A model generated the notes under the pieces. It was not told where the DNA came from and made no database searches. It saw only the letters and a list, made by a program, of their open reading frames with translations. Shown here piece after piece: positions 25,968-33,485 of a DNA stretch of 33,485 nucleotides. Within the stretch, counting starts at the first letter, position 1. Every line of letters starts with the position of its first letter. Origin of the DNA: an archaeon BMS3Abin16 (lineage in GTDB: Archaea > Hydrothermarchaeota > Hydrothermarchaeia > Hydrothermarchaeales > SZUA-236); contig BDTI01000175.1 of the NCBI GenBank assembly GCA_002923215.1, positions 1 through 33,485 on the forward strand, written 5' to 3'. Made by a program: the position numbers and the translations under genes.

Positions 25968-27025
25968 TTTTTCAGCGCAGCCCGTCTAAGAAGGAATGCT
26001 GAAACCGATAGTCCCGCTCCAATTGTCGCCCGTCCAACAAGTTCGGCGATAGTAATCGTTTGAAGGCTGTAGCTGCTTACAGCGCCCACGATGAACCAGA
26101 GTGAAAGGAGGAATATTGCAAGTGTCAGATATTTGCCAAGCCCGCGGCCCTCAATTATAGCGTCAATGCTTCTGCCGGCAAGCGCGAGAAGCCCTGCCGC
26201 TGTAAGCGGGTCTTTAGCATAAGACATGAAAAATGGGAGGGCGTTTATAATGGAGCTGAAGACCTGGTCCTGCGTCGCCTGATACCCTCTGAGAATACCT
26301 ACAACAGCGACAAAAGCGGCGATGATATAGGTGAAAAAACTTGCTTTATCAGTAACCAAACTTTCACGAAGCGAAGTGACGTTACGTTCAAGCGACCCCT
26401 CAAGGTTAAATCCCTTGATAATGAGTAGCAAACCCAAAACACCGGCTATCACACGCCACACATTGTCCGGAAAGATCATGTAGAGCAGAAAAGCGATTCC
26501 CGGCACACCTAAAACAAGCCTGGCAATCTTTGGATCAGATGTTACATCTTTCAGAAAATCCAGGAGAAGATAATATGTGCTTTCCAGAGGTTCGCTCTGC
26601 TTTACAATCACCCGCTGAAGAGACACAACCTTTGCCCGCGACTCAACAATGGGCAGCACATGTTCATCCTCCGCACCGTCTGAAACAATCACAACCCCTT
26701 CTGCAGGGAAAATCTTGAGAACCTCTTCAAGCTGGTTTGAAACAATAATATCAGACTCCACGCCCACACGCTCGCTACCGGTAAGCGCGGCAACCTCCAC
26801 TTCTTTAAACCTGTTTTTCAATTCCTCAGAAATCTTAATGCCTGCAAACAAAACATTTGTGTCAGACTCAGTGGGATCAGCAAGCCCCAGGCGTGTTGCA
26901 GCATCAAGGATTTTCTCCCGACCCACAACCGGACCAATGACGCCGACCTTCGCCTCCAAATCCCCATCTCGGTCAATACAGATAACAAGTATCTTTTGAG
27001 AAGACGGTAGATCAGAGCCGATCAT
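25964..27025 (-). CDS. DUF373-family archaeal membrane protein
   Basis: LVICIDRDGDL, LGLADP.ESD.N, VSDGAEDE, VIVKQS..LESTYY, LGVPG. Confidence 0.9.
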   Translation of the reverse strand: MIGSDLPSSQKILVICIDRDGDLEAKVGVIGPVVGREKILDAATRLGLADPTESDTNVLFAGIKISEELKNRFKEVEVAALTGSERVGVESDIIVSNQLEEVLKIFPAEGVVIVSDGAEDEHVLPIVESRAKVVSLQRVIVKQSEPLESTYYLLLDFLKDVTSDPKIARLVLGVPGIAFLLYMIFPDNVWRVIAGVLGLLLIIKGFNLEGSLERNVTSLRESLVTDKASFFTYIIAAFVAVVGILRGYQATQDQVFSSIINALPFFMSYAKDPLTAAGLLALAGRSIDAIIEGRGLGKYLTLAIFLLSLWFIVGAVSSYSLQTITIAELVGRATIGAGLSVSAFLLRRAALKK

Positions 27026-27042
27026 CTAACCCCCCCAGCCAT

Positions 27043-27855
27043 TCATAACTGACCAAACCGTTGAAGCAAAAAGAGATCATCAGTGGAAAGCTTCTCACCA
27101 TTCTTGAACCGCTCATAAACAAGTTTAGCCTCCTTCTTCAACTCTTCAGTCGACTTCTCCCGTCTCTTCTTCTCCTCACTCTCAAGGGTGCTGCTCACCT
27201 CTTTAACAAGGGCGTTTTTAGACTTTAAAACTTCTTTGACCTCGTCTAGCTTGGTTGTGACACCGTCTTTTTCCTTGTTCACATCATCGATCTTTACTTC
27301 AATCGCGCGGATTTCTTTTATGTTTTCAAGAAAATCTTCATGATGCTTCTGCGAATCCTGAGAATATCCAAGTATCTTTGAATGAATCTTTTTCGACTTC
27401 AGCTTTTTAGAGTCGATTTCGTTTGAGAGATGGATTAAATCCTTAAAATCCCGTAGATCAGCCTTTAGCTCTTCAATGCGCTTTACAAGCTCATCCTCTT
27501 TTTCAACCTTTAAAACACGGGTTTGAAGCGTCCACTCAAGCCGTTTAAGCTCCATCTCCATGCGCTTGAAATCCTTATTAGGCGCACCCTGACGAAGATC
27601 TTTATACGTTGCAAAAAGATCTTTAATCGCCGAGTTAATAGTTGTGCGCTCTTTTTTCAACTCCTGAATCTTTGAATTAAACTTATCCCTCTTGGCCTTG
27701 GCATCTTCAGCCTTTCTATTATGATTTTTAATAATCTCGATAAGATCCTTTTTCTTAGAGTTAAGTCCGCTAAGCTCCCTGCGCAGGATTGCGACCTCTC
27801 GCTTCAACTCATCCCGTTCCTTCAACTTTATCTTCAGCTCATCTGTCTTTTTCAC
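27043..27855 (-). CDS. Conserved archaeal coiled-coil protein
   Basis: Lys/Glu heptads, LEW..QT..L..EKEDELV, C-terminal FKNGEKLSTDDL..LQ; GTG start after GGTGA. Confidence 0.85.
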   Translation of the reverse strand: MKKTDELKIKLKERDELKREVAILRRELSGLNSKKKDLIEIIKNHNRKAEDAKAKRDKFNSKIQELKKERTTINSAIKDLFATYKDLRQGAPNKDFKRMEMELKRLEWTLQTRVLKVEKEDELVKRIEELKADLRDFKDLIHLSNEIDSKKLKSKKIHSKILGYSQDSQKHHEDFLENIKEIRAIEVKIDDVNKEKDGVTTKLDEVKEVLKSKNALVKEVSSTLESEEKKRREKSTEELKKEAKLVYERFKNGEKLSTDDLFLLQRFGQL

Positions 27856-27857
27856 GT

Positions 27858-29138
27858 TCAGTCACCAAATTCAATGTATTCATAGGCCTTCTGACCCTTA
27901 GTAAAAGAGAAATTTAAGGTAGTAAAATCGCGCCTGAAATCAATCACTTCCTGCTTAACGCTCTTGTCATCTATGACCACATTCTTTATAAATTCTGCTA
28001 TCACTTCCATCTCACCTTCGCACATGCCGAGCCGTGTAAGCTCCTGCGTGCCGATTCTGATTCCTGACGGATCAACAGACTTGTCCAGCCTGTCCCATGA
28101 AAGCAGGTTCTTGTTAATGATGATATTGTTTTCTTCAAGGGCCTTTGCAACCCTGGTGCCCTTACCATGGTGTGTCACGTCTACAAGCACCTGATGAGAT
28201 TCTGTAAAACCCTTGTGTTCGCAGAGCACCTCAAAGCCTCTCTCATATAAAGCTTCTGCCAATGCTTTAGCATTCGCAATGGTCTGCGCCGCATAATCCT
28301 CGCCGAACTCAAGCATCTCGGCAAGGGCTACTGCAAGACCCGCGAGGTGATGGAGGTGATGGTTTGAAACAACACCTGGAAACACCGCGTTATCAATCTT
28401 TTCTTTGAGTCTATCTGAATCTGTAAATAAAATTCCGCCCTGAGGCCCTGGAAAAGTCTTGTGCCGGCTGCTAGCCATAATATCCGCGCCTTCTTTGAGC
28501 GGCTTTTGAAACTGTCCGCCAGCGATTAATCCGAGCACGTGGGCTGCGTCATAGCCGATACTTGCGCCCACTTCATCGGCAGCCGCGCGAAGCTCACTCA
28601 CTGGATGAGGGAATAGGAACACGCTTCCGCCGAAATATAGAAACTTAGGTTTTTCGACAAGTATGGCTTTCTGTGTTGCATCCACGTCAATATTCATCTC
28701 ACGAGGGTCGAAGATAAAGTTCTTCACCTTAAGATCCATCACACCTGCAGCCGATATCCGGGAGTGACTGATATGCCCGCCATCAGGCACATGCAGGCTC
28801 ATCATAGTATCACCGCTTCGGCCGAGCGCCGTGTAGGCAGCGAGATTTGCCACAACACCTGAAGTAGCCTGCACGTTCACGTGTTTTGCGTTGAAAAGCT
28901 GCCTGCCAAGCTTCTTTGTGAGCTTTTCAATCTCATCAATATAAGTGCACCCCTGATAATACCGCTCGCCCGGCTGCCCCTCAGCATACCGGTGGGAAAG
29001 ATCGGTTGCCATCATCTCCCTCACAGCGTGGCTTGTAACATTTTCAGAGGCGATCAGGGGCAGACACTCATCCATCCACTGGTGATGGGCTTTAACGATC
29101 GTGCGAATATTTTCTGCTACCTCAGCGTTCTTGCTCAT
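27858..29138 (-). CDS. glyA: Serine hydroxymethyltransferase, archaeal type
   Basis: LIASEN, RYAEG....[36 protein letters not shown]. Confidence 0.96.
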   Translation of the reverse strand: MSKNAEVAENIRTIVKAHHQWMDECLPLIASENVTSHAVREMMATDLSHRYAEGQPGERYYQGCTYIDEIEKLTKKLGRQLFNAKHVNVQATSGVVANLAAYTALGRSGDTMMSLHVPDGGHISHSRISAAGVMDLKVKNFIFDPREMNIDVDATQKAILVEKPKFLYFGGSVFLFPHPVSELRAAADEVGASIGYDAAHVLGLIAGGQFQKPLKEGADIMASSRHKTFPGPQGGILFTDSDRLKEKIDNAVFPGVVSNHHLHHLAGLAVALAEMLEFGEDYAAQTIANAKALAEALYERGFEVLCEHKGFTESHQVLVDVTHHGKGTRVAKALEENNIIINKNLLSWDRLDKSVDPSGIRIGTQELTRLGMCEGEMEVIAEFIKNVVIDDKSVKQEVIDFRRDFTTLNFSFTKGQKAYEYIEFGD

Positions 29139-29144
29139 ACTGTA

Positions 29145-29759
29145 TCAACTCGATTTAATTTCATTTTTTATCTGCTCTGCCGCGCCACGGGGATCTGGGC
29201 TGTTGCAGATTGCGCGCCCGATGATTTCGAAATCCGCGCCTGCAGATATGGCAGATCCAACCTCTGCGCCCTGGGCTTTCACGCCAGGAGATATGACTAT
29301 CAGGTCTCCTATGATACTCCTAAGGGTTTTTATGGTTTGCGGTCGCGTGGCAGGTGCGACAATTCCCTCGGCAAACCCTGCGGCGTGAGACGCGATTTCA
29401 CGGTTATGCCCTGAGATATAGTCGAGGGCGCCGGGATGGCTCATGTCAGAGACCACGAATAGGCTGGCTTCTTTGCTGCATGCCTCGACAACATCACGCC
29501 CCATTACTCCCTGGACGATTACGAAGTCTGCGCCTGCCTCTGTTGCGAGCCTGCATATCTCTGCGCTTACATGGGGCACGTCGGCAACCTTGAAATCCGC
29601 GATAATCGGCAGGTTGAATTGCTTGAGTTCAGTTATCACATCCAGTCCCGCTGACAGCACCAGCGGATAGCCAACTTTGATTGCGTCAATATATTCAGCG
29701 GTTTGCCCTACTACTTCAACCGCCCGCTTTGTTCCATTCACGTCAAGCGCCAGAATCAC
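29145..29759 (-). CDS. pyrF: Orotidine-5'-phosphate decarboxylase (start may extend to 29798)
   Basis: ILALD, IKVGYPL, DFKVADVP, MSHPG, SPGVKAQG, IIGRAI. Confidence 0.95.
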   Translation of the reverse strand: MILALDVNGTKRAVEVVGQTAEYIDAIKVGYPLVLSAGLDVITELKQFNLPIIADFKVADVPHVSAEICRLATEAGADFVIVQGVMGRDVVEACSKEASLFVVSDMSHPGALDYISGHNREIASHAAGFAEGIVAPATRPQTIKTLRSIIGDLIVISPGVKAQGAEVGSAISAGADFEIIGRAICNSPDPRGAAEQIKNEIKSS

Positions 29760-29918
29760 GCCGGCCCTTCTCAGCTTTAACAGGTCTTTTCCATCTATAG
29801 TAACAGCTCCCTAAACCGCAATAAACCCTGGTATATAATAAGTTTTTCGCAGGGCCCGGTGTAGAGAATTGTGTGAGAGATTATTTATAATGACGCGGAT
29901 TTATACATAAGAAGGAGC

Positions 29919-30251
29919 ATGAAAATCTTTAATTTACATGGGCTGGCTGAAGAGTCTGAAGGCGAATATGTGCTGGGTCTTAAAGACCTCAGTACCCATG
30001 CGGTGTACATTGTATATGGTTTTTTAGAGCCAGGCGAAACTGGTAGAAAGGTGCTTCCGGGAAAGGGGCATGAAGAGATACTCTGCGCGGTGAAAGGCGA
30101 GGTCAGGGTTAAAACACCGGGTGAAACTTTCACGCTCAAATCCGGTGAAGCCGTGCATGTGAAAGAAGAAGATGAATGGACACTGGAAAACACAGGCGAT
30201 GAAACCGTTTTTTACATACTAGCAGGCGGACACCCGCCGAAAAAACACTAA
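29919..30251 (+). CDS. Cupin-domain protein
   Basis: GHEEIL..VKGE, L..GEAVHV, LENTGDE; SD AGGAG. Confidence 0.8.
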   Translation: MKIFNLHGLAEESEGEYVLGLKDLSTHAVYIVYGFLEPGETGRKVLPGKGHEEILCAVKGEVRVKTPGETFTLKSGEAVHVKEEDEWTLENTGDETVFYILAGGHPPKKH

Positions 30252-30259
30252 TAATATCA

Positions 30260-30304
30260 TTATTCTTTCACCCGCTCTTTCAGTTTCGTAATCCTGTCGA
30301 GCAC
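30260..30304 (-). repeat. Diverged copy of the last 15 codons of uvrB
   Basis: 33/44 nt identical, ungapped, to 31773-31816. Encodes VLDRITKLKERVKE* versus uvrB LRDRVVKLKERIGE*. Confidence 0.85.
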
Positions 30305-30361
30305 AAAGCTGGCATTATGGTAGATATTAAATAGTCTAAAGTTTAATATTGGCGAAAAAGA

Positions 30362-30673
30362 GTGAAACTTATGGCAACGATGGATTGTTCATTGAAATGT
30401 TCTCTAACAGAGGGGAAATCTGCCATTAAAAGAGCACTTACTGAACTCAGCTGGCAGGTAGAGGAAGAATCTGCAGATTGGATAAAAGCATCAACACAAG
30501 GCACGATATGGTCATGTGGGGAAAATATAGAGATTTACATTTCTTCTCAGGTTAGTCAAATCAATGTTTCAATCAACTCCGTCCCAAAATGGCAGTTCCT
30601 TGATTGGGGAAAGAGCGAAGAAAATGTCAAACTATTATATGATACAATATTAGAGATGGCGTTGGATGGGTGA
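30362..30673 (+). CDS. Hypothetical protein (islet gene 1)
   Basis: 103-aa ORF (GTG 30362 or ATG 30371) with W.CGE.I.I...V.I.S....DWGKSEENV; TATA-like ATATTAAATA upstream. Confidence 0.7.
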   Translation: MKLMATMDCSLKCSLTEGKSAIKRALTELSWQVEEESADWIKASTQGTIWSCGENIEIYISSQVSQINVSINSVPKWQFLDWGKSEENVKLLYDTILEMALDG

Positions 30674-30679
30674 AATTGC

Positions 30680-31030
30680 ATGAAGTTATATGTCGCTTGT
30701 AAGTATTGCAGGAAAAAAATCTACTTCAATAGTCCTGCGAAAATAAGAGCAGAATTGCCCTATCTGTTCAATCTACAGTGCCAACAACCTAACTGCCACC
30801 CCCATGTAGGGCATCAGATTTATGGTCGAGGCGAGATCTATAATAGATCAGAGGTAAAGGCTGAATTGGGGATAAGTGGTTTAGTGGGAGGTGCTCTTGT
30901 TACTGGCATTCTTGGAGGACTGGTTGCAGGGCCAATTGGATTACTACTTGGTGGTGCTCTAGGTGGGGGTGTTGGTTCGGCTTCTGACCAGACAGACAGA
31001 GAAGCGGTAGAGAGGTTCAATGCATCATGA
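30680..31030 (+). CDS. Zinc-finger + glycine-zipper small protein (islet gene 2)
   Basis: CKYC...CQQPNC, then GISGLVGGALVTGILGGLVAGPIGLLLGGALGGGVG. Confidence 0.75.
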   Translation: MKLYVACKYCRKKIYFNSPAKIRAELPYLFNLQCQQPNCHPHVGHQIYGRGEIYNRSEVKAELGISGLVGGALVTGILGGLVAGPIGLLLGGALGGGVGSASDQTDREAVERFNAS

Positions 31031-31719
31031 TAGAATGGGTGGGATACCTCCGAACTTCTATTAATTTATACTACATAATCCCAGGTGTTTTTGCGTTAGT
31101 AGTTTTTTGGGTACAATTTAGCGAGAGAAACACCAAGATCATGCCCCTTTTTCTTCAGATAAGCGGAATTTTTTCGTTTATCTTATCAATAGAATATTCT
31201 GCTATCATACTATTACTCGATCGGCCTTTGCCGGCACCATTAAGTACATTCGACAAAGGTCTTGCTGGAGTAGCGTTGATTATTATTTTATTAATCGGAT
31301 TCCACTATTCCACTGAAGGTACAAAACTTGGCAACTGGCTATCGAATATATTAGACAACCACATCTCATGGCGTGTCCCTGTTCCCGTCCCAGTTTCTCT
31401 TTTAGATGAACAATTGGAAAAATTAAGGGAGGTAAGAGAGGCCATTAATACAGGTGAGGAGAGCCAGTTGGAGCCAGCATGTCAGACTGTTCTTGAAAGT
31501 TGTGCAGGCGTCTCGATTTTATTGCAAGAAGTCACACATAGGCGTGGCGAAGAGATAAAACTATCAATTGAAAAGTGTAAACATGAGTTCCAAGAACTAA
31601 GCTCATTCCCTTCCCTCCAGCAAAGACGAAAATCATCTAACTCACTTTCAGACTTAATAGGTGTATTGAATGCAACAACGAGAATACTCGATACACCAGA
31701 TATGACAAAACCGAATTAA
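31027..31719 (+). CDS. Three-TM membrane protein with a helical C-terminal domain (islet gene 3)
   Basis: ATGA overlap with gene 2; three hydrophobic segments, a VPVPVP linker, then amphipathic helices. Confidence 0.65.
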   Translation: MIEWVGYLRTSINLYYIIPGVFALVVFWVQFSERNTKIMPLFLQISGIFSFILSIEYSAIILLLDRPLPAPLSTFDKGLAGVALIIILLIGFHYSTEGTKLGNWLSNILDNHISWRVPVPVPVSLLDEQLEKLREVREAINTGEESQLEPACQTVLESCAGVSILLQEVTHRRGEEIKLSIEKCKHEFQELSSFPSLQQRRKSSNSLSDLIGVLNATTRILDTPDMTKPN

Positions 31720-31772
31720 TCAGACTCAAATTATACTCTTTAATTGATTTATCAGCTCATAGAAAGTAAAAA

Positions 31773-33485
31773 TTATTCTCCAATCCTCTCTTTCAGTTTT
31801 ACTACCCTGTCGCGCAGTGCAATCGCTCTTTCGAAGTCCAGTTTGTCCGCTGCCTCGCGCATCTCAGCTTCAAGCACTGTTATCATCTCTGGAACCGCCG
31901 TCTTCGGAATGTGTTTCGTGTCTGTTAAGTCAACCTCTTTTTCACGCACCGGCTTGACAATCGTTTCAGGCACTATACCGTGTTTTTTATTGTAGTTTAG
32001 CTGAAGCTTGCGCCTGCGCTCAGTCTCAGAAAGCGCGGCGCAGATCGAATCCGTAATCCGGTCAGCATATAGCACCACCCTGCTGTTCACGTTCCGAGCG
32101 GCACGACCGATGATCTGAATCAAGCTCCGGGCGTCCCGTAGAAATCCCTCTTTATCAGCGTCGAGTATGCCGATAAAACCCACCTCCGGTATATCAAGTC
32201 CCTCCCTGAGCAGGTTTATCCCTACGAGGACATCGAATCTGCCCAGCCTTAGCTGTCTGATGATCTCGGTGCGCTCTAGAGTATCGACTTCTGAGTGAAG
32301 ATACCGCGCCTTAATCTGTTGGTCTGCCAGATACTCGGTTAGCTCCTCGGCAAGCCTCTTGGTAAGCGTTGTCACAAGCACACGATCCCCGCGGCTGATA
32401 GTGGATCGGATCTCAGCCAAGAGATCCGCTATCTGCCCCTCGATGGGCCGCACTTCGACGACTGGGTCAATGAGCCCTGTGGGCCTGATTATCTGCTCAA
32501 CAATCTGCGACGACATATCCCGCTCGTAGCGCGCTGGCGTTGCCGAGACAAAAATAGCCTGTTTCATATACTTTTCAAACTCCTCAAAGCGCAGAGGCCT
32601 GTTGTCAAAAGCAGAGGGCAGCCTGAAGCCGTAGTCCACGAGCGCTTTTTTGCGCGAGTAGTCGCCGTTGTACATGCCGTGAACCTGGGGAATCGTCTGA
32701 TGGCTTTCATCGATAAACATGAGAAAGTCCTCCGGGAAATAGTCGAGCAGACAATAAGGCGGCTCACCCTGTTTTCGCCCGTCAAAATGACGGCTGTAGT
32801 TTTCAATACCCTTACAGTAACCGGTTTCCTCGATCATCTCAATGTCATATAGCGTGCGCTGCCTCAGCCGATGCGCCTCAAGTAGGTCCAGCTCGGGCAG
32901 CCGCTTCTCAAGCTCGGCTCTGATGGAATCAATCGCCTTTTGTTTCTCATCGTCAGCGATTACAAAGTGCCGCGCTGGATAGACAAAATAATATTTGAAC
33001 TCCTCAACCAGCTCGCCCGTGACCTTATCAATCTCCCGGATCCGCTCCACAGTGTCGCCGAACAACTCAACCCTGATTATGTTATTATAATATCCCGGCA
33101 CGATGTCGATTGTCCCGCCTTTCACACGGAACCGGCCAGGCGCAAGGTCGAGGTCATTTCGCTCATACTGCACGTCCACAAGCCGTCTGAGCAGGTCGTT
33201 TCGCTTGACACGCTCGCCGACTTGTAGCTCGAATCCGAGGCGCTGGAAGTTCTCAGGATTACCCAGGCCGTAGATGCATGAGACCGAGGCTACAACAATC
33301 GTGTCGCGCCTGCTCATGAGCGACGCTGTAGCGCTTAGCCTGAGCATCTCGATCTTCGGGTTCACAGCCGCGTCTTTTTCAATATATTGGTCTTTCTGCG
33401 GCAGATAGGATTCAGGCTGATAATAATCATAATAGGAGACGAAATACTCCACCCGGTTGTCTGGGAAAAACTCAGTGAACTCGTT
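31773..33485 (-). CDS. uvrB: Excinuclease ABC subunit B (5' part outside the window)
   Basis: EYFVSYYDYYQPE, DESH, GINLLREGLDIPEV, QIIGRAARN, C-terminal UVR domain; frame open to the window edge. Confidence 0.98.
   Translation of the reverse strand, partial: NEFTEFFPDNRVEYFVSYYDYYQPESYLPQKDQYIEKDAAVNPKIEMLRLSATASLMSRRDTIVVASVSCIYGLGNPENFQRLGFELQVGERVKRNDLLRRLVDVQYERNDLDLAPGRFRVKGGTIDIVPGYYNNIIRVELFGDTVERIREIDKVTGELVEEFKYYFVYPARHFVIADDEKQKAIDSIRAELEKRLPELDLLEAHRLRQRTLYDIEMIEETGYCKGIENYSRHFDGRKQGEPPYCLLDYFPEDFLMFIDESHQTIPQVHGMYNGDYSRKKALVDYGFRLPSAFDNRPLRFEEFEKYMKQAIFVSATPARYERDMSSQIVEQIIRPTGLIDPVVEVRPIEGQIADLLAEIRSTISRGDRVLVTTLTKRLAEELTEYLADQQIKARYLHSEVDTLERTEIIRQLRLGRFDVLVGINLLREGLDIPEVGFIGILDADKEGFLRDARSLIQIIGRAARNVNSRVVLYADRITDSICAALSETERRRKLQLNYNKKHGIVPETIVKPVREKEVDLTDTKHIPKTAVPEMITVLEAEMREAADKLDFERAIALRDRVVKLKERIGE

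Larger units (their letters stand above)
30260..31817. mobile_element. Islet/island remnant at the uvrB 3' end (no integrase present)
   Basis: Three AT-rich unknown genes bracketed by direct copies of the uvrB 3' end. Confidence 0.6.

Noticed and set aside
27043..27855. Coiled-coil protein as an SMC-like or defence factor
   Set aside because: No ATPase motifs; matches an ordinary archaeal coiled-coil family within a housekeeping operon.
1..33485. CRISPR arrays, tRNA/rRNA genes, integrases, transposases, inteins
   Set aside because: None recognised by eye; a tRNAscan/Infernal run would be needed to exclude further small RNAs.

Overview
Archaeal chromosomal window (TATA/BRE promoters, archaeal-type AlaRS, PPS, Cgi121, Trm112, CdhD, class III signal peptide). 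It probably comes from an anaerobic euryarchaeote-like lineage with the Wood-Ljungdahl pathway; I cannot assign taxonomy more precisely. Most of it is housekeeping: larB, queC, alaS, hemA/hemB, aroA/aroC, phosphopantothenate synthetase, cdhD, cooC, cgi121, MTAP/MTIP, glyA, pyrF and a partial uvrB. The best candidate for an undescribed system is a four-gene minus-strand operon with its own TATA box (6917->4907). It encodes a ~70-aa micro-protein (signal peptide + ~15-aa mature segment + IPEG/TM/basic sorting signal), a translationally coupled archaeosortase/exosortase-family protein, a single-pass protein with a TPR-like domain, and a class III pilin-like protein. Features absent from the ORF track: a box C/D sRNA whose D guide matches C34 of intron-containing pre-tRNA-Met (24636-24712); a 46-aa leaderless ORF divergent from an HxlR-type regulator; a diverged duplicate of the uvrB 3' end bounding a three-gene AT-rich islet; a decayed GNAT pseudogene; and two genes that may start at ATA. 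A divergent beta-carbonic-anhydrase-like gene lies head-to-head with cooC-rhomboid-cdhD. No CRISPR array, tRNA, rRNA or integrase/transposase was seen. All family calls come from motif recognition by eye, not from database searches.
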